A stretch of 64,000 bases of DNA from Octopus bimaculoides (taxonomy: Eukaryota). The position numbers and the translations under genes were made by a program. Positions 36,891 through 50,788 of the stretch are shown here, piece after piece; position 1 is the stretch's first letter, and each line of letters opens with the position of its first letter. The notes under the pieces are model-generated. The model was not told the origin of the DNA, ran no database searches, and worked only from the letters and a program-made list of their open reading frames with translations. The stretch spans positions 5,290,230-5,354,229 of the forward strand of contig NC_068992.1 in NCBI RefSeq assembly GCF_001194135.2. Reading direction: 5' to 3'.

Positions 36891-39800
36891 TTAGATTAAA
36901 AACAATATAAATATGCAATTAATTCGGTAATTGTTTTGAAAACGTGCTAAATATCACTTTCCAGGAAATATATATGTAAGTTTTTTTCTGTCATGTGAGA
37001 AATGAAACAACATATAAGGACTAGTGTACCAACCCAATGTGTATATGTGTAGGCAAAAGTGTGTCTACGTCTGCATATGTGTGCGTGTAGGTATGTTGTA
37101 TATAAAATATAACCCCCATTAATTTGATACTTAAAAACAAAAATGTAAATATTTAAATTTTCATTCCAAATATTTGGGTAATAACAAATATGAACACCAC
37201 ATTTGGGATGAATGATTGCGTTGTCTTCAATTACAAATATCTCTGTGGGTGTCTTTAGTAGAGAGGATGTGAGAATTACCAAGCACTTTCATTGATATTG
37301 ATATGTCAATTTTCTTTCTCCTCTAAATTTCAGTCGATCTTTCAAAAACAAATTAAACACAGAATAAATACGGCAAATCGTTATTTTCTTTTTCCAGTTT
37401 TCTTGCTTTCTGTACTGTTGTATCTTTCCTTTAAAGACATTCTCGTATTCGATTTTAAATTATTAAATGTTATATAATTTCCCTAGCATTACTGTCTAGA
37501 TTAAAAAATATATCCATCTATATAATTTTATATCAGTCTATTTATCTTTTTCAAGACACAGAATCACAGATTTAGAGATTATGAAACATTGTACATAAAG
37601 ACATGTTTTGCATGTCCACATGCAGAAGCGCATAAACTGAAGTAAACTTTATTCGTATATAGGTGAAAAAAAATGCTTCTAAAATCGGTCTCGTGTAGGC
37701 AAACATAATTACAGACAAGAAATCCATTCGTAACAACTTTTGTAACACCACATACACAATTAAATTTGTTGTCAGACAAAACCATACGCATACACTCAAA
37801 TATTCAAACTGTTAAAGCCATATGATTACATAGATATATATTTGCAAAGTTATGTCATTCATTTGTAATATATTGCCATTAGATGCTAGAAGGATTAGAA
37901 AAACTATTATTTGAAACAATTATTTATATAACATTGTAGGCTGTAATTTTCCGTCTACATTTCGTCTATTTTTATTGATATTTTTTCCAGTAGTTTTGAA
38001 GAAATATATTCATACACACACATACATATACACAAACACACACACACACACACACACATANNNNNNNNNNNNNNNNNNNNNNNNNNNNNNNNNNNNNNNN
38101 NNNNNNNNNNNNNNNNNNNNNNNNNNNNNNNNNNNNNNNNNNNNNNNNNNNNNNNNNNNNNNNNNNNNNNNNNNNNNNNNNNNNNNNNNNNNNNNNNNNN
38201 NNNNNNNNNNNNNNNNNNNNNNNNNNNNNNNNNNNNNNNNNNNNNNNNNNNNNNNNNNNNNNNNNNNNNNNNNNNNNNNNNNNNNNNNNNNNNNNNNNNN
38301 NATTAATGCGTACACTTGTACTCTTCTACAACCGTTCTTCTATACGTGAATGCAAACGTTGTGTGCTTATGCACATACATATATATATACGTATATAAGA
38401 ACATTTTGAGAGCACAAGACTGTCTCATAAAAATTCAGAAGTAACAAACTGGCATATGGTGTTGCTGAGCAAATTCATTATACCTTCAAATTTATAAACA
38501 ATATGAACAAATCATTGACCTCACTACGATATTCTCAATGATTATAGCATGGCATTGTGTCATCCTAAATGTGTTTATCTGATGGGAAAACGAGCGAAAT
38601 CTACAAATCCGTCAAGTAACAGTATCACTTTCATTGTTAATGACATATCTCTCTTTTGGGTATTCGAAATATAATGTTAAATATAATGATCAATGTAAGT
38701 AATTTTGGATATAAATATATTCTCTTACTAGTAATATTGAACAAGTAAACAGGGAATATTATATGCAGATGTGAAATGTAATATTCAGTGATCTCTACAT
38801 ATTATAAATTACTGCTCCCTTTGTGTTACACCATGAATTCTAAAATTATTTCAATAGATACAAGCGATCCAAAGCTGAATTACCAAATTGGAAACATTGA
38901 TCATAAAATAATTACTATCTTGGGTGTGGCGTAGGAATTCTCCCAATATTATTGCTTGACGAAGAACAAAGATTATACTGACATGTAATTTCTAAAGATT
39001 TACTGGAAATTAACAGCACCAGTAAGCTCTACGCTTCGATAACACTACATAATTTAAACGCCTTTGAAAGAGACTAATCTGTTGCCAGTACCACGTTTCC
39101 CGTTTCAGAATATTCCTTTCCTCTTTTACTACCTGTCCTACTGGGGGTGGTTCCCTTATTAGAGGCAATGATCTATGCCATTCTCATGAGAGAAGTTTTA
39201 AATAAATAAAAATGTTCATAAATATATAAAAGTCCGTTTTGTTTGCTTTTATCGTCAACTACCATATCATCATTTATCTTTCATTGATCCATTTACTCTA
39301 CAACAACAATAACAAACAACAGTTAAACGGACGGTAATATACATAAGGCAAGAAATGTACGTCAACTCGTTTTCAGAAACTTTCAAACTGGCATAAATAT
39401 GATGGTCTCAAATGCTTATGCTAGACACATCACTCAATATGAAATGTACCATATTTCATGATATATGTTGCACTACATAAACACGCCCTCCACCAAAATA
39501 AATAAAAAACAAAACAAAAGAAAAACGGTACAATTAAATAGAATTGATATGTACAGAAAAGAAAATATCGAGACTGTTGCTGATGCCTTTCGAACTAACT
39601 CTCATTTTGTGACACTCATTCCTTGTGGCAATTGGCTAGAACATCAACAAATTTAAATGGAAAAATTACAGATGACGTTACAGATTGGTATTTCTGTTAT
39701 TCTAGAAATTATCTAATTTTTTGGTTATTTCTATTATTTTTGTTATTATTAGATGATATAATCACGAACATTTAAACTAAAATCAAACTTGACATATTTA

Positions 39801-41799
39801 TAATTAATATTTTCACTATATTTATTATCATTGTTAAAATCCTAGTTATACTTGTTCACATGTATAGACCCTCTACACTACATAACATCACATATACATA
39901 AACACACGGAATTTCGATATGGGATTTGACTGGGAATTATAAAAACGCAGTTGTATGCTTGCAGTCTGGTCCCTTGTCGAATCCCCTGTACACGTTCGCC
40001 TTTATAAATGAAAGACTTCAATTAATTTTCACATGTCATGCTACTAGCCAAATGCCAGGTTTTCTGTTATATCTATAATTTATAGCTAATAGGACATTGA
40101 AATTCATAATTCTCCGCATCGATTCATAGCACGAACACTGAGCCTTAAAGAAATATGTTTCAAACATGGGCACTAAATGAACGAGTTCTTGTCAACTACA
40201 GGGTACGTTAGAAAATATTAATATCTATAGTGCCAATATCTTACTCATACGATACATAATATAACGAATATTTGAAGAAGGGTCATATTTAATTATCCTC
40301 AAACAATATCCTACCTTTTTGTATAATTACATGCAAAGTAGGATAATATAAAATAGGTAAATTTAAAATGACGTTCTGGTTATGATTAGAACGTATTACC
40401 TGAAATGTGACTTCACAATTGTTTCAGAATGACATGAAAAGTTACTAGAGCACGCGAATTTTTTAGCTCCTTGTATTCACTAAATCATCTTCTGTCGTTT
40501 ATATTTTTTTTATTTTTGCTGATACAAACACGATAACTTGTTACCTCGGATACTAATCACTTTTGCTTTCTGTTTATAATGTCTGAACTTATCACTTATT
40601 TACACATATGCTGTGTATACTGTGTTTTGTGTAGAGAATATAACGTCGCATTTCAACGGGTATGATGTTTCCGTCTTTATGTTCTTTGTTTTGTTGTATT
40701 TTTCTTGATGTATTTCTCACTATGTTGTCTGCATTTCCTCATCTGTCTAGCCAGCTGACATATTGAACAATAGACGTAATGCGATTTCACTTAACAAGGC
40801 TGCATCGTTGTCACATACCATTATGAAATATTTCACTTCATTCGCGTTTACTTTTTATCTTGACTCTTTTGTTTTTCATCGAAGTGACGAAACGCAAAGC
40901 TTTTAAGACGGCAAATATTTTTGCAAATTGCAAGAAAACTTAGTGGTACTATTGTCTTTTACATACATAATTTTACATTGTAATTCTTTGTTGTCAAAGG
41001 GAGTTGTAACAGGTTTCATGCCTCTGATCGTATTTGACTCGTAGGAGAGCCGAGCACAAGCAGTTGCATGTCTATTATTTCATTCTTTTCTTTAGAATGC
41101 AGCCAGGCTGGAGCACCACCTTGAAGAGTATTAATTGAATGAAGCATATTTTATTGTGTCCGGGGACAGTCATTCGCTTTTAGGGCGTTATTACTAAACA
41201 CACTCACCGATTCGATTTACAATCCTTCACTTATTTTAATAGCTGAAACTATCCAGTAACATCTCAAATTCTCTTATTCAGAAATGGCAATTGACATCAT
41301 CAACACCATTAATTGCTTGGTAATTAATTCTTCCTTAACGAAAAGGCAGAGTCTATCAAAGTGGGATTCGAATTCATGTCGTAAAGGGGTGTGAGAAATA
41401 ACACATTTCCTTTGTTCATATTGTCAAAAAGGCGTGACATTTGAGGAAGTGGTTGCTGGTGTATTGCATTTACTAAGGGAATTCGCACGTACTCTAAATT
41501 ATCGAATACACAGACACTAAAGAAAGGAGCAATAATCATAATCCCCAGTCCGCATGAAATCGCAAGGAATCTCGTACTCAGCCTTTACTCTTACTGTTTT
41601 GCGAAACCAGACTCCACTCATGAGTCTACATCGATGCCAATATCCAATATCTTTTCTATGCTTCTTTGTTGCTTTACTTGGAAAAAATATACCCTCTAGA
41701 AAGATATTTTTGGCTGACTTTTGTAATTTTTTTGATCGAATAAACGTGCAATTAATATTTATTAGGTCCTTAAGGTTATGAGCTGACAGAATCATTGCT

Positions 41800-41895
41800 G
41801 AGCCGGTCACTTTGTCCCTTTTCACCTTCTGAGTTTACATGCCACCGAGATAAACATTACCTCTCATCCTTTCGGGATCGGTAAAATGAGTACAC
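41800..41895 (+). mobile_element. SINE family A central-domain fragment
   Basis: CTCTCATCCTTTCGGGATCGGTAAAATGAGTAC matches the central domain. Confidence 0.5.
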
Positions 41896-41963
41896 ATGAA
41901 CACGAGGGCTGACGAAACTGATGTTTTTACCAAAATTTGAAATCAATATTTATTACTTCCTTA

Positions 41964-42165
41964 AGGCAGCGACCTTGCAGAATCGTTAGCACACCGTAGA
42001 AAATATTTACCGGCATTTTGTTCCACATTCAAATTCCGCTGAGGTTGATTGTGCATTTAATATTGTTTTGGGTGGGGTTGAAAAAATAAGTACGTGTTGA
42101 GCCCTGGATTCAACGTAATCGGTTAATCTCCTCCCTTATTTTGCAAGCCTTGTGCCAAAATTTAA
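41964..42165 (+). mobile_element. Degenerate SINE family A, near full length
   Basis: AGGCAGCGACCTTGCAGAATCGTTAGCACACCG...TTCAAATTCCGCTGAGGTTGA...AAGCCTTGTGCCAAAATTT. Confidence 0.7.
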
Positions 42166-43297
42166 AAGCAATATCTATTACGTCCTTCTAAGTTCTTGTT
42201 ATTGCGGATTCTTAAGTTACGGCAGGAAATCAAAAATACCTTTAACCATATCTGAGTGTGAACTGTCCGGCTACTGGTGCAGTTGGAGACAGCAGAGTTT
42301 GCTACTCAATGTAAAGGAATATCACACACACACCGACTTTTGTTATTGTATTTCTTGAGCCGAATACACAACCAATGAGAATGTATTATCGTAATCGAGT
42401 ACACGCAAGGCAAAAATAAGTTGTACGTATAACACAAAATCAATAACTTTAGATCTTTTTAGCAGTACAGTCGAGTCAATATCATATATGTAGGTGGTTA
42501 TTATGATAAATATTAACTTTCATATTGCTCAATACGTTATACATGAGTAAATGCATCTAAGAATGTTATTAATAGTGATAGTGAAAATATGTGTTTAAGC
42601 CAAACAGACATTTACAATATGACAATTCAAAATAATAATATTGATTTCTACTATATTATAAATACTCATTTCATAGCTAGTATAATCGATAAATCCAACC
42701 TAAATACTTCCATTATAAATAGTGAATCAATTATCTATGACGAAAAATGGGTGGCTAGATAAATTACCAATTGTCCAACATAATATATATATACACACAC
42801 ACACATATATATATATATATGTATATATNNNNNNNNNNNNNNNNNNNNNNNNNNNNNNNNNNNNNNNNNNNNNNNNNNNNNNNNNNNNNNNNNNNNACAC
42901 ACACACACACACTCACACACACACACGAACACACGCACACATATACTGTATATGTATATATATTTTGCAATATACTTCTACTACTTTCGATCAGTGAATT
43001 GCAGCCATGACAGAAAACAATATACGAGTGTTTTTTTTCTTTTCTTTTTAACCGATAAAAACCACTCATGCCACGTCTTGAACGTGTTAACGTGTGTCTA
43101 AGTCAAAGGTTTTGAAGCAACAAATGTACTGACAGGAAATTATTACAGAATATAAAGAAACAAAAATAAGATCACACAGAACCGAGTACGCATAAAGACA
43201 CACATACTCATACACACAGACACACAGACACACTCTCATACAGACTATCACAAACAAACACCACACACATACACCCATGCACACCAACTAGTAAATG

Positions 43298-43335
<38 letters not shown>

Positions 43336-44228
43336 TATTCTTAAAATAATATCAGTTATATGACTGCAGCGCAGCTGGATACTGCCTTGAATTATTTTCA
43401 ATACTGTCACCTCTTTAGGACCTGAAGTCGGTTTATGTTTGTGTTTGTAGCAGCTGGTTTTCCCTGAGCGTATGCATGCTTAAAAGTTTTGCTTGCCCTG
43501 TATTGTCATAAAGAATTTATCCAATGCATTTTCCTTAATGTTTTAGTAGAGGACAATTTTATATTTCTGATTTCTTTTGGTAGACAGTTGAACACGCGAA
43601 GACCTCTAAATATCAGACTGGTAGAAGCAATGGTTTTTGTTCGTGAGTTCGAAGAGGATATATTAGAAAGCTAAGAGTATGTATCGTCGGGCATTAACAT
43701 TCTCTCTAATTCCGATATTTGGAACATACCGCTTCTTTTCGGCTTTCAAGAGATAAAAGACGCTCAGCTTTCAAACGTTCCTAATAATGAAAGTTTTTTA
43801 TCGAAGTTATTTTCATGCAAATATAACTTGTAACCCTTCAGTTTTCTTCTATGATATCAAATGTACTCGAACCCGAAAGCTGTAGTTGTAAGCAATAATC
43901 TAATATGCTTAAAACTAAGGTTTTCTATAGAGCCAAAATTACTACCATTTCTCTTGTCATAAAGATTTGCAGGATTCATCCAGTGAGATGTCTTTATTTA
44001 GAGGTCAGTTTGGTGATATTGCTGATAAAATGTTAATCATTGGAATAATTATCGTTAAGTCCAGCATGTGATTAGCGTTCTGAATCGTAGTGTTACATAG
44101 TGTCAAATTATGTGATCTGTATGTATTCACCTTGGCAAGAAGAACCTGAAATGTTCATTCATTAAATTTCATATTGTTTTTTTTTTTATTTCTTTTTATT
44201 TTGCCCATCAATAAATGATATTTAATAA

Positions 44229-44650
44229 TACGTTGAACTATTGACAAATCTACTGTTACTCTATCCAGGTTAAGAGTTTAGATATACACCTGTAATTATT
44301 GGGACAGTGGGGGTATGTATCACGCTGCCCAAGTACCAACCTTGAGAAATTGGGCTTCTCAGATCCAGGAAGTAAAAAGCTGATTTGAAGATTACAGTTC
44401 CAAGCCATCACTGGAACTGAAGAACTGTGTAAGACTTTCCACGAGTTTATGATTTAAGTTATATATGAGCACGTCTCGATGTGAATATATGTATGAGAAT
44501 AGAAAACAAAATAAAACTTACAAACCTGCATATATACATACATGCATGTATACATACATAAAAAGAAACATACATGCATACACACATGCACACACACACA
44601 TACATACATACATACATACATACATACATACATGCATATATACGTGCATA
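44229..44650 (+). mobile_element. 3' end of an RLE-type (R4/Dong-like) non-LTR retrotransposon: C-terminal coding end plus probable 3' UTR with (TACA)n
   Basis: With frameshifts: YVELLTNLLLLYPG...PVIIGTVG.YVSRCPSTNLEKLGFSDPGSKKLI*RLQFQAITGTEELCKTF, stop near 44455-44457. PVIIG..G resembles the P.V.G.LG motif ending RLE domains. The C-terminus differs from that at 62421-62646, so it is a different family. Confidence 0.65.
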
Positions 44651-45081
44651 TGGTACCCCAAAGATGACTCAAGCATCAATCATCACTAAATATGTATTTT
44701 CCATGTGGTGTTACTAAGTATGTAGAAGTATTAATGCCTGGATTTGTCATCAGAAATGTATAAACTAAAGACTCAGTAAGTATGATTTAATTAATTCTAT
44801 TAATTTTATGCGCTTAGCATTAATAACGCTAATGATCAACGGTGTTATAGATGCTATGTTTACATCTTGTTATTTCTCATGTATATTCTTAGATACCTTA
44901 TTCGTGTTACCGCTTTGAGATAAGCCAATACTAACATCTCCAGTTCATTACTTGAAGTTATATTATGGAAAAGTATTTTACCGAGGCCTACATGAAACTA
45001 GTTTTAATTGATAGCAAACCCAAAAAATCAATACACCCCAAATGAAGAAATTGCTAACAACGTTAATACCATCAAATAAGC

Positions 45082-45321
45082 ATTCTTTAATTCTTTTATT
45101 CTTTTACTTGTTTCAGTCATTTGACTGCGGCCATGTCGGAGCACCACCTTTAGTCGAGCAAATCGACCCCAGGATTTATTCTTTGTAAGCATAGTACTTT
45201 TTCTATCGTTCTTTTGCCGAACCGCTAAGTTACGGGGCGCTAACACTCCAGCATCGGTTGTCAAGCGATGTTGGGGAGACAAACACACACACACACACAC
45301 ACACACATACATACACACACA

Positions 45322-45359
<38 letters not shown>

Positions 45360-45525
45360 AACACACACAGACGCACATATATATAACGGGCTTCTTTCAG
45401 TTTCCGTCTACCACAAAGCTTTCGTCGGTCCGAGACTATAGTAGAAGAAACTTGCCTAAGGTGCCACCCATGGAGACTGAATCCAGAACCATGTGGTTGG
45501 TAAGCAAGATATTTACCACACAGGC
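45082..45525 (-). mobile_element. SINE family B (OR-like CORE-type), near complete, with internal (CA)n
   Basis: Minus strand: tRNA-like head, GGCACCTTAGGCAAGTTTCTT (CORE-like), GGAAACTGAAAGAAGCCCG, internal (GT)n at 45282-45375, tail TCCTGGGGTCGATTTGCTCGACTAAAGGTGGTGCTCC...GACTGAAACAAGTAAAAGAATAAAAGAAT. Confidence 0.88.
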
Positions 45526-46846
45526 ATATTTTTACCTTCATCAATTTTATGAAGAAGAACATTTTTTTCAATTAAACTTGTACTTAAATCATCATACAGA
45601 ATATAATACAAAGAAGAGAATATGGTAGTTAATGTTTTTCGGTGGTTCCTCAACAGTGATTATTAGAAAAACCATATGATATATCCAGCATTGGGATATA
45701 TACTGAATAACACTCGATATTATAAAGTGATTTTTGAAAATAAATGTTCTCATTTAATTCGCCTTTCTTAAGATCAATAGATAGAAATAAGTGAAAATTA
45801 TGCTATTTTTAATATTTAATTTGTCATATTGTCCAGCCAGAAGGGAGGTGAATAAAATAATGCTCTAAATCAAATATAATACACTGTATTTCAATTTGTC
45901 CTCCATTTCTGCAGAGTTTATTGTAATATTTGTTAATATAAATCGATCCGACTCTTATCTCATTGACAATTCAATCAAGAAGTCATATACATATATATGT
46001 TTTTTTTAGTCATTTAAAGGAGAAGAAATTATTGCTAAACAAAATTATGTCTGATTAATCTTTATGAAAGATAGCTGGCAATTATCTAGACTACATCTAA
46101 AGAGATTTTTTTAAAAGTATTTTACTTGTTTTATTTTTCCTTCTTTTTTGAGGTTAATTATAAACGTTTCACTTTCTTCACTTTTTCGTTCTTATTTTAA
46201 TTACTTGTGAATAACACTAAGAAATAGCTGTAAGGTATATGTGCAATAAAATTTTAGAGATAGTATTTGTGTGAAAATTATATTTTTCTTTGGAATAGAA
46301 CAAAAGAAATGTACAGAACAAGACATGCAATTGAAAATAACATAACAATATAAATGCATTGATATACTTGTTTCCTTACTTTGTCACTATAAAGTAAATT
46401 TAATTAGTATATCTTGTCAAGATTTAATTACCTTATTATCAGTACTTTCCAAACTTTATCTTCAACTACAGATGTTTCAACAATTATACAAATTCTCTCA
46501 AATAATACTAATATCCCTACAATACCCATTAGCTTTTTCGTTTCCTCTTTTGCATGTATGTGTATGGATATGCATGCAGACAGACAAAGAGAGCGATAAC
46601 GACAGCAGACTATGTTACATGTGCAGACACACGGGAGCATATGTATAATACGTTTCACTTCCTATGCAAAAATATAACTGAAGTTTATTATCCGAATCCA
46701 TACAAAAAATGTATTATGACGCAGAAAACAGCTGAAGAATATGTTTACATGTTAGAATAATTTATGATCGGTCTATTCAGTTTCGTTTCGTGTCACATAC
46801 CTTGACTGCGTTATGGAGTGAATTTTAGTATTATTATTACTTTCAA

Positions 46847-46950
46847 GTTGGCGAACTGTCGCAATCGTTAGCACGCCGGGTAACATTGTAATGTCTTTAT
46901 GTTCTAAGTTCAAATTTCATAGAGATCAGCTTTACGTTTTATCCTACTAT
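46847..46950 (+). mobile_element. SINE family A head fragment
   Basis: GGCGAACTGTCGCAATCGTTAGCACGCCGGG...GTTCTAAGTTCAAATT. Confidence 0.55.
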
Positions 46951-47277
46951 TCATAATTCAAATTTGAAACCTTAGGGCCATTATAAGGTCGTACTAATAA
47001 GTGTTTCTACAGCCATATCCGTTTTCTAAACATTCCTCACAAACTCTTTGCATTTCAAAAATATCGTTCCTTGCCAAATATTATACCACCTTCAAAGCAT
47101 TGCAGCATACAATACCTTAAGTAAAGCTGCAGAGACGCTTTACCAGAAGAAAACACCTGAAGGGAAGGAAAACCAGATTGTAGAAACACGTGTCGGACGG
47201 ATTCAAAATAAACATACGGCTTAACAGACTGCAGGAATAAAAGATGTGTAGATATATTTTTCAAACTATTTATTGCC

Positions 47278-47321
<44 letters not shown>

Positions 47322-47507
47322 NNNNNNNNNNNNNNNNNNNNNNNNNNNNNNNNNNNNNNNNNNNNNNNNNNNNNNNNNNNNNNNNNNNNNNNNNNNNNNN
47401 NNNNNNNNNNNNNNNNNNNNNNNNNNNNNNNNNNNNNNNNNNNNNNNNNNNNNNNNNNNNNNNNNNNNNNNNNNNNNNNNNNNNNNNNNNNNNNNNNNAG
47501 AGAGAGT

Positions 47508-47541
<34 letters not shown>

Positions 47542-47609
47542 GAGAGAGAGATTTCCTTTTACCCGATTCAATCCCATGCAATTGTTTGGCCCGGGGTCAG
47601 AATAGGAAA

Positions 47610-47670
47610 TAACTTCCGAAGCAACTGCGCAGTGGGAAGGAACGCGAAATCACATGGCTGCAAACCTAGC
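47610..47670 (-). mobile_element. Degenerate SINE family B head fragment
   Basis: AACTTCCGAAGCAACTGCGCAGTGGGAAGGAACGCGAAATCACATGGCTG loosely matches 45451-45500. Confidence 0.4.
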
Positions 47671-49382
47671 CCCTACTATTTCAGCGCTTCTCATAAAACA
47701 AGCAGTTTAAATATTCCTAATATTCGCCAGCCTTATTGTTAAGTATGTGTAACACATGGTCATGTTTATTACACCCAATGTGTTTTTCGCTTTTCTTTTT
47801 CCTTTTCCAAATGAATCTGCGCTATCAGGAATATTTAGGAATAAATGGAGAACGGAAAAATACAGTAACTTATAGGCACCTCTTTTCGTTGAGATTTTGA
47901 ATGTATCGATTGTACGAAACAATAACACTAAGCAATTGCTGCTGTTTAGAATGTTCATGTCTTTCCTTTAGCCTTCATTCCATCATTATTTTACAGCCAC
48001 GCTACTGAAAATGATGCCAACGAATAAACTACTAACGAAATACAAAAAAGTGCGAGACAAAAAATAATGCATTGCAGTATTCTTTTCTTCTACAGATTTT
48101 TAGACTGTAATGGAGCACTCATATTATCCATTGATTGTTCACAGACAACAAACTATCCTTTGATACATCACGGGACCTTAAGATATAAATGCAACGATGA
48201 ACAGAGAACATCAGATACCACACATGTATACACTCACTCTTAATACATGCGTACTCACACACGCATGCGATTAATGGAAATTTAATAAGCATATAAATAT
48301 GTATAGAGGTAAAAATGAGAAGAAATTCTAGTGTCTTCAAAGGATGAACATGAAGTGAAGAAAATGAAATGAGAGAATCAGTACAGAAATGAGCATAACA
48401 GTGTATTCATTATGTGAATCTCATATAAAAAAACAAACAGAAAAAGTTTCTTATTTTGATGCTGATACTATCGGATGGAATGGTTGCCTTTCTCATTTCT
48501 TCACCTGAAAACAATTTTCCCAGCTCATCAATATCAGGAATGAGTGAGAAACCATCACAAGAGCCAAACAAAAACAATATAAATATAAAAATGGAATAAT
48601 AAAACAACTGACAAAATTAAGTCCTTTGTTTCTACTTTACATAATAACCTGTACAATTATTTATATACTTTTTTACTTTCATATACAATAGTTTTTTTTT
48701 TTATATTCGTCTCTTTCTTATAAGCCAGCTAAACCGCAATATGAAAATTTCATGTGTTTAACATACTTTTATTTTTTTTATGTTTTTGTTAAGATATTGA
48801 TATATTATTAACATACAGGATTCTATCTTCAACATTAACGTATATAAAGCCTGCAGCCTTTAATTTATCACTTGCGGTTTCATTTCATCTTGCAGAACTC
48901 TTCTTCATCGGCGTTAATTGTGTTGATTTCACATATGGGGCAGCGTTTTGTAATCAAGCCAAGTTTTCCGTTTGATCAAAACATTATATATGGATGGAGC
49001 CAGGAAATACCACCATGATAAATATTCATGCACAAAAAAATATAGCAAATTTGTAATACAAGAGTACACTGAGGGAACCATCAAACTTGCCTTAATAAAT
49101 ATAACAAAGGATAGAATAAACATCAACGGAGAGAAGAAACGCATTGCTCATATTCAATTTATGCTGACAGTTTATTATGGAAATATTATTCAATTTTGGA
49201 GGCTCAACAGTAAAACCTATAAGCTGATGGAAGGCTAGTTCGGCAGTTGACTATAGTAAATATATTATTGCTTCCCAACTCTTTCAATATGTCTTTTATA
49301 ACCAGAAAATTTCCATCTATAAATGAACATACATGCACAGACAAACATAAATTCATGTACACATATATACGGATGTACATAT

Positions 49383-49422
<40 letters not shown>

Positions 49423-49898
49423 TGCACATGTTTACAAGTGTTTTATATTCATGTGTGTATATTTTTATATGAATTTATGTGTGTGTTTATGCGTGTAAAC
49501 ATTTGAAATAAGAAGGCTAGAAGAACATCCGCCTCTAAATTACTGCCGTAATACTAGTTGTCCATCGATGCCAATTTGCAAAAAAAGAAAAGAAGCCGTA
49601 TGCAACTGCGATTATGATGTATTATATTGTAAATCCCGATAGCTATTCATTTCTAGGGACAACCAAGGATAACTGGTGCTTTTGCAAATAAATATTACTT
49701 TATATGTTGTACATGTTATTACAATAAGTGGCTGACTCGGTGTATTTACAACTGTCTGTCTATAACAAGAAATTGTCACCATCACGAAATACAGTGAATG
49801 GATTTCTGACAGGCTCTAACAGGTTTCAAACATACTTGAACTAGTAACAAGTTTGTATTTATATACATCCCTGTTTACCGTTGTCGCCCCGTCTTCGG

Positions 49899-50788
49899 TA
49901 TTAGATGAGTCACTGAAAAGCGCAACGAGGTTCTGAATAATGCCGGGAATACCATAAGATAGATTTGTTTCACGTGAGAGTTCGCAGCATCTGCCATTCC
50001 TCTAGACGTTATAACTATTCTGAAGCGAAGAAATTGATTTCATCACATTAATCAAAACTTATCTCTGACCTAATGAAAGAAAAGTGATTTTACACTGCGA
50101 GCAATGCACTCCTTCAGAAACAGAAGTAAGACCAATAGGAAAGGAAATCCTGGTGTAAGAAGCTTTCAAGGAAACCAGCTGGGTCTACCTCAAACAATAT
50201 CAGATTTTGATGTGATGTGATCAGCCTAGTCGGCTTTTGATCAGATCTCAGAAGAAGTGGCACGCACCGAGAAGAAACGTTCGCCATGCCAATTTATTGT
50301 GCAGAATACACTCCACTGCTTATAGTAGTGACTATTTGATTTAAATTGAACTACCAGACATTCATCATGTGTTGAACATGATGAATATCTACCTAGCTGT
50401 TGGCAAGTGCATGACATCTACATTTCAGGTCATATTCAACACTCTTCCTTCCCTTCCTAATTTCAGCTGCCCAATTTTGCACTGTTGATAAACCTAGAGC
50501 CTCATCGGCTTCTCTATTAACCATGTCAGTGTGGATGTCCTTCGTGATTACACCCTTTTCCCGCAGTTACATAATAACATCACTATCCCAAATTTTGTCT
50601 ATTTAAAAAAATCAATTCGCTACTAGTTGCTTCTGAAGTTTTCTTTAAACAGTTTACCTAGAAAGAAACGATGAAATTATACACAAGTAGAGTTCAAATT
50701 AATGCTCGCAAGATTTCATATCTCTAGGAATATCTCTAGAATAAATCATCCAAAGTGAGCCTATGAACTTTTCAGCCCATCCGCTTAT
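49899..50788 (-). mobile_element. Decayed mariner transposon with TIR remnants, internally deleted
   Basis: Minus strand DKIWDSDVIM*LREKGVITKDIHTDMV...LSTVQNWAAEIRKGRKSVEYD (HTH), then LFEVDPAGFLESFL.QD (first catalytic D region). Left TIR-like TAAGCGGATGGGCTGAAAAGTTCATAGGC at 50757-50788; weak right TIR sharing CTGAAAAG at about 49899-49925. Confidence 0.8.

Noticed and set aside
41324-41825. Cluster of 70-100 aa ORFs on both strands, with an HFLCSYC LIM-like word
   Set aside because: On codon-by-codon check the frame carrying that word stops at 41518-41520; no domain pattern is completed.
43480-44030. Possible ancient RTE-like LINE remnant (LKTKVFYRA-like words)
   Set aside because: Similarity too fragmentary to support without an alignment.
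48410-48607. Minus ORF resembling a signal peptide plus short secreted peptide (xFYYSIFIFILFLFGSCDG...)
   Set aside because: The start is TTG, not ATG, and the hydrophobic stretch is T-rich low-complexity DNA; nothing recognisable follows.
48896-49238. Acceptor-like site followed by overlapping 40- and 88-codon open frames
   Set aside because: No recognisable motif and no coherent donor or frame; compatible with chance.
50356-50390. Hairpin ATTCATCATGT-gttga-ACATGATGAAT (11-bp stem)
   Set aside because: Lies inside decayed mariner coding sequence (DIHHVQHMMN on the minus strand); most simply a by-product.
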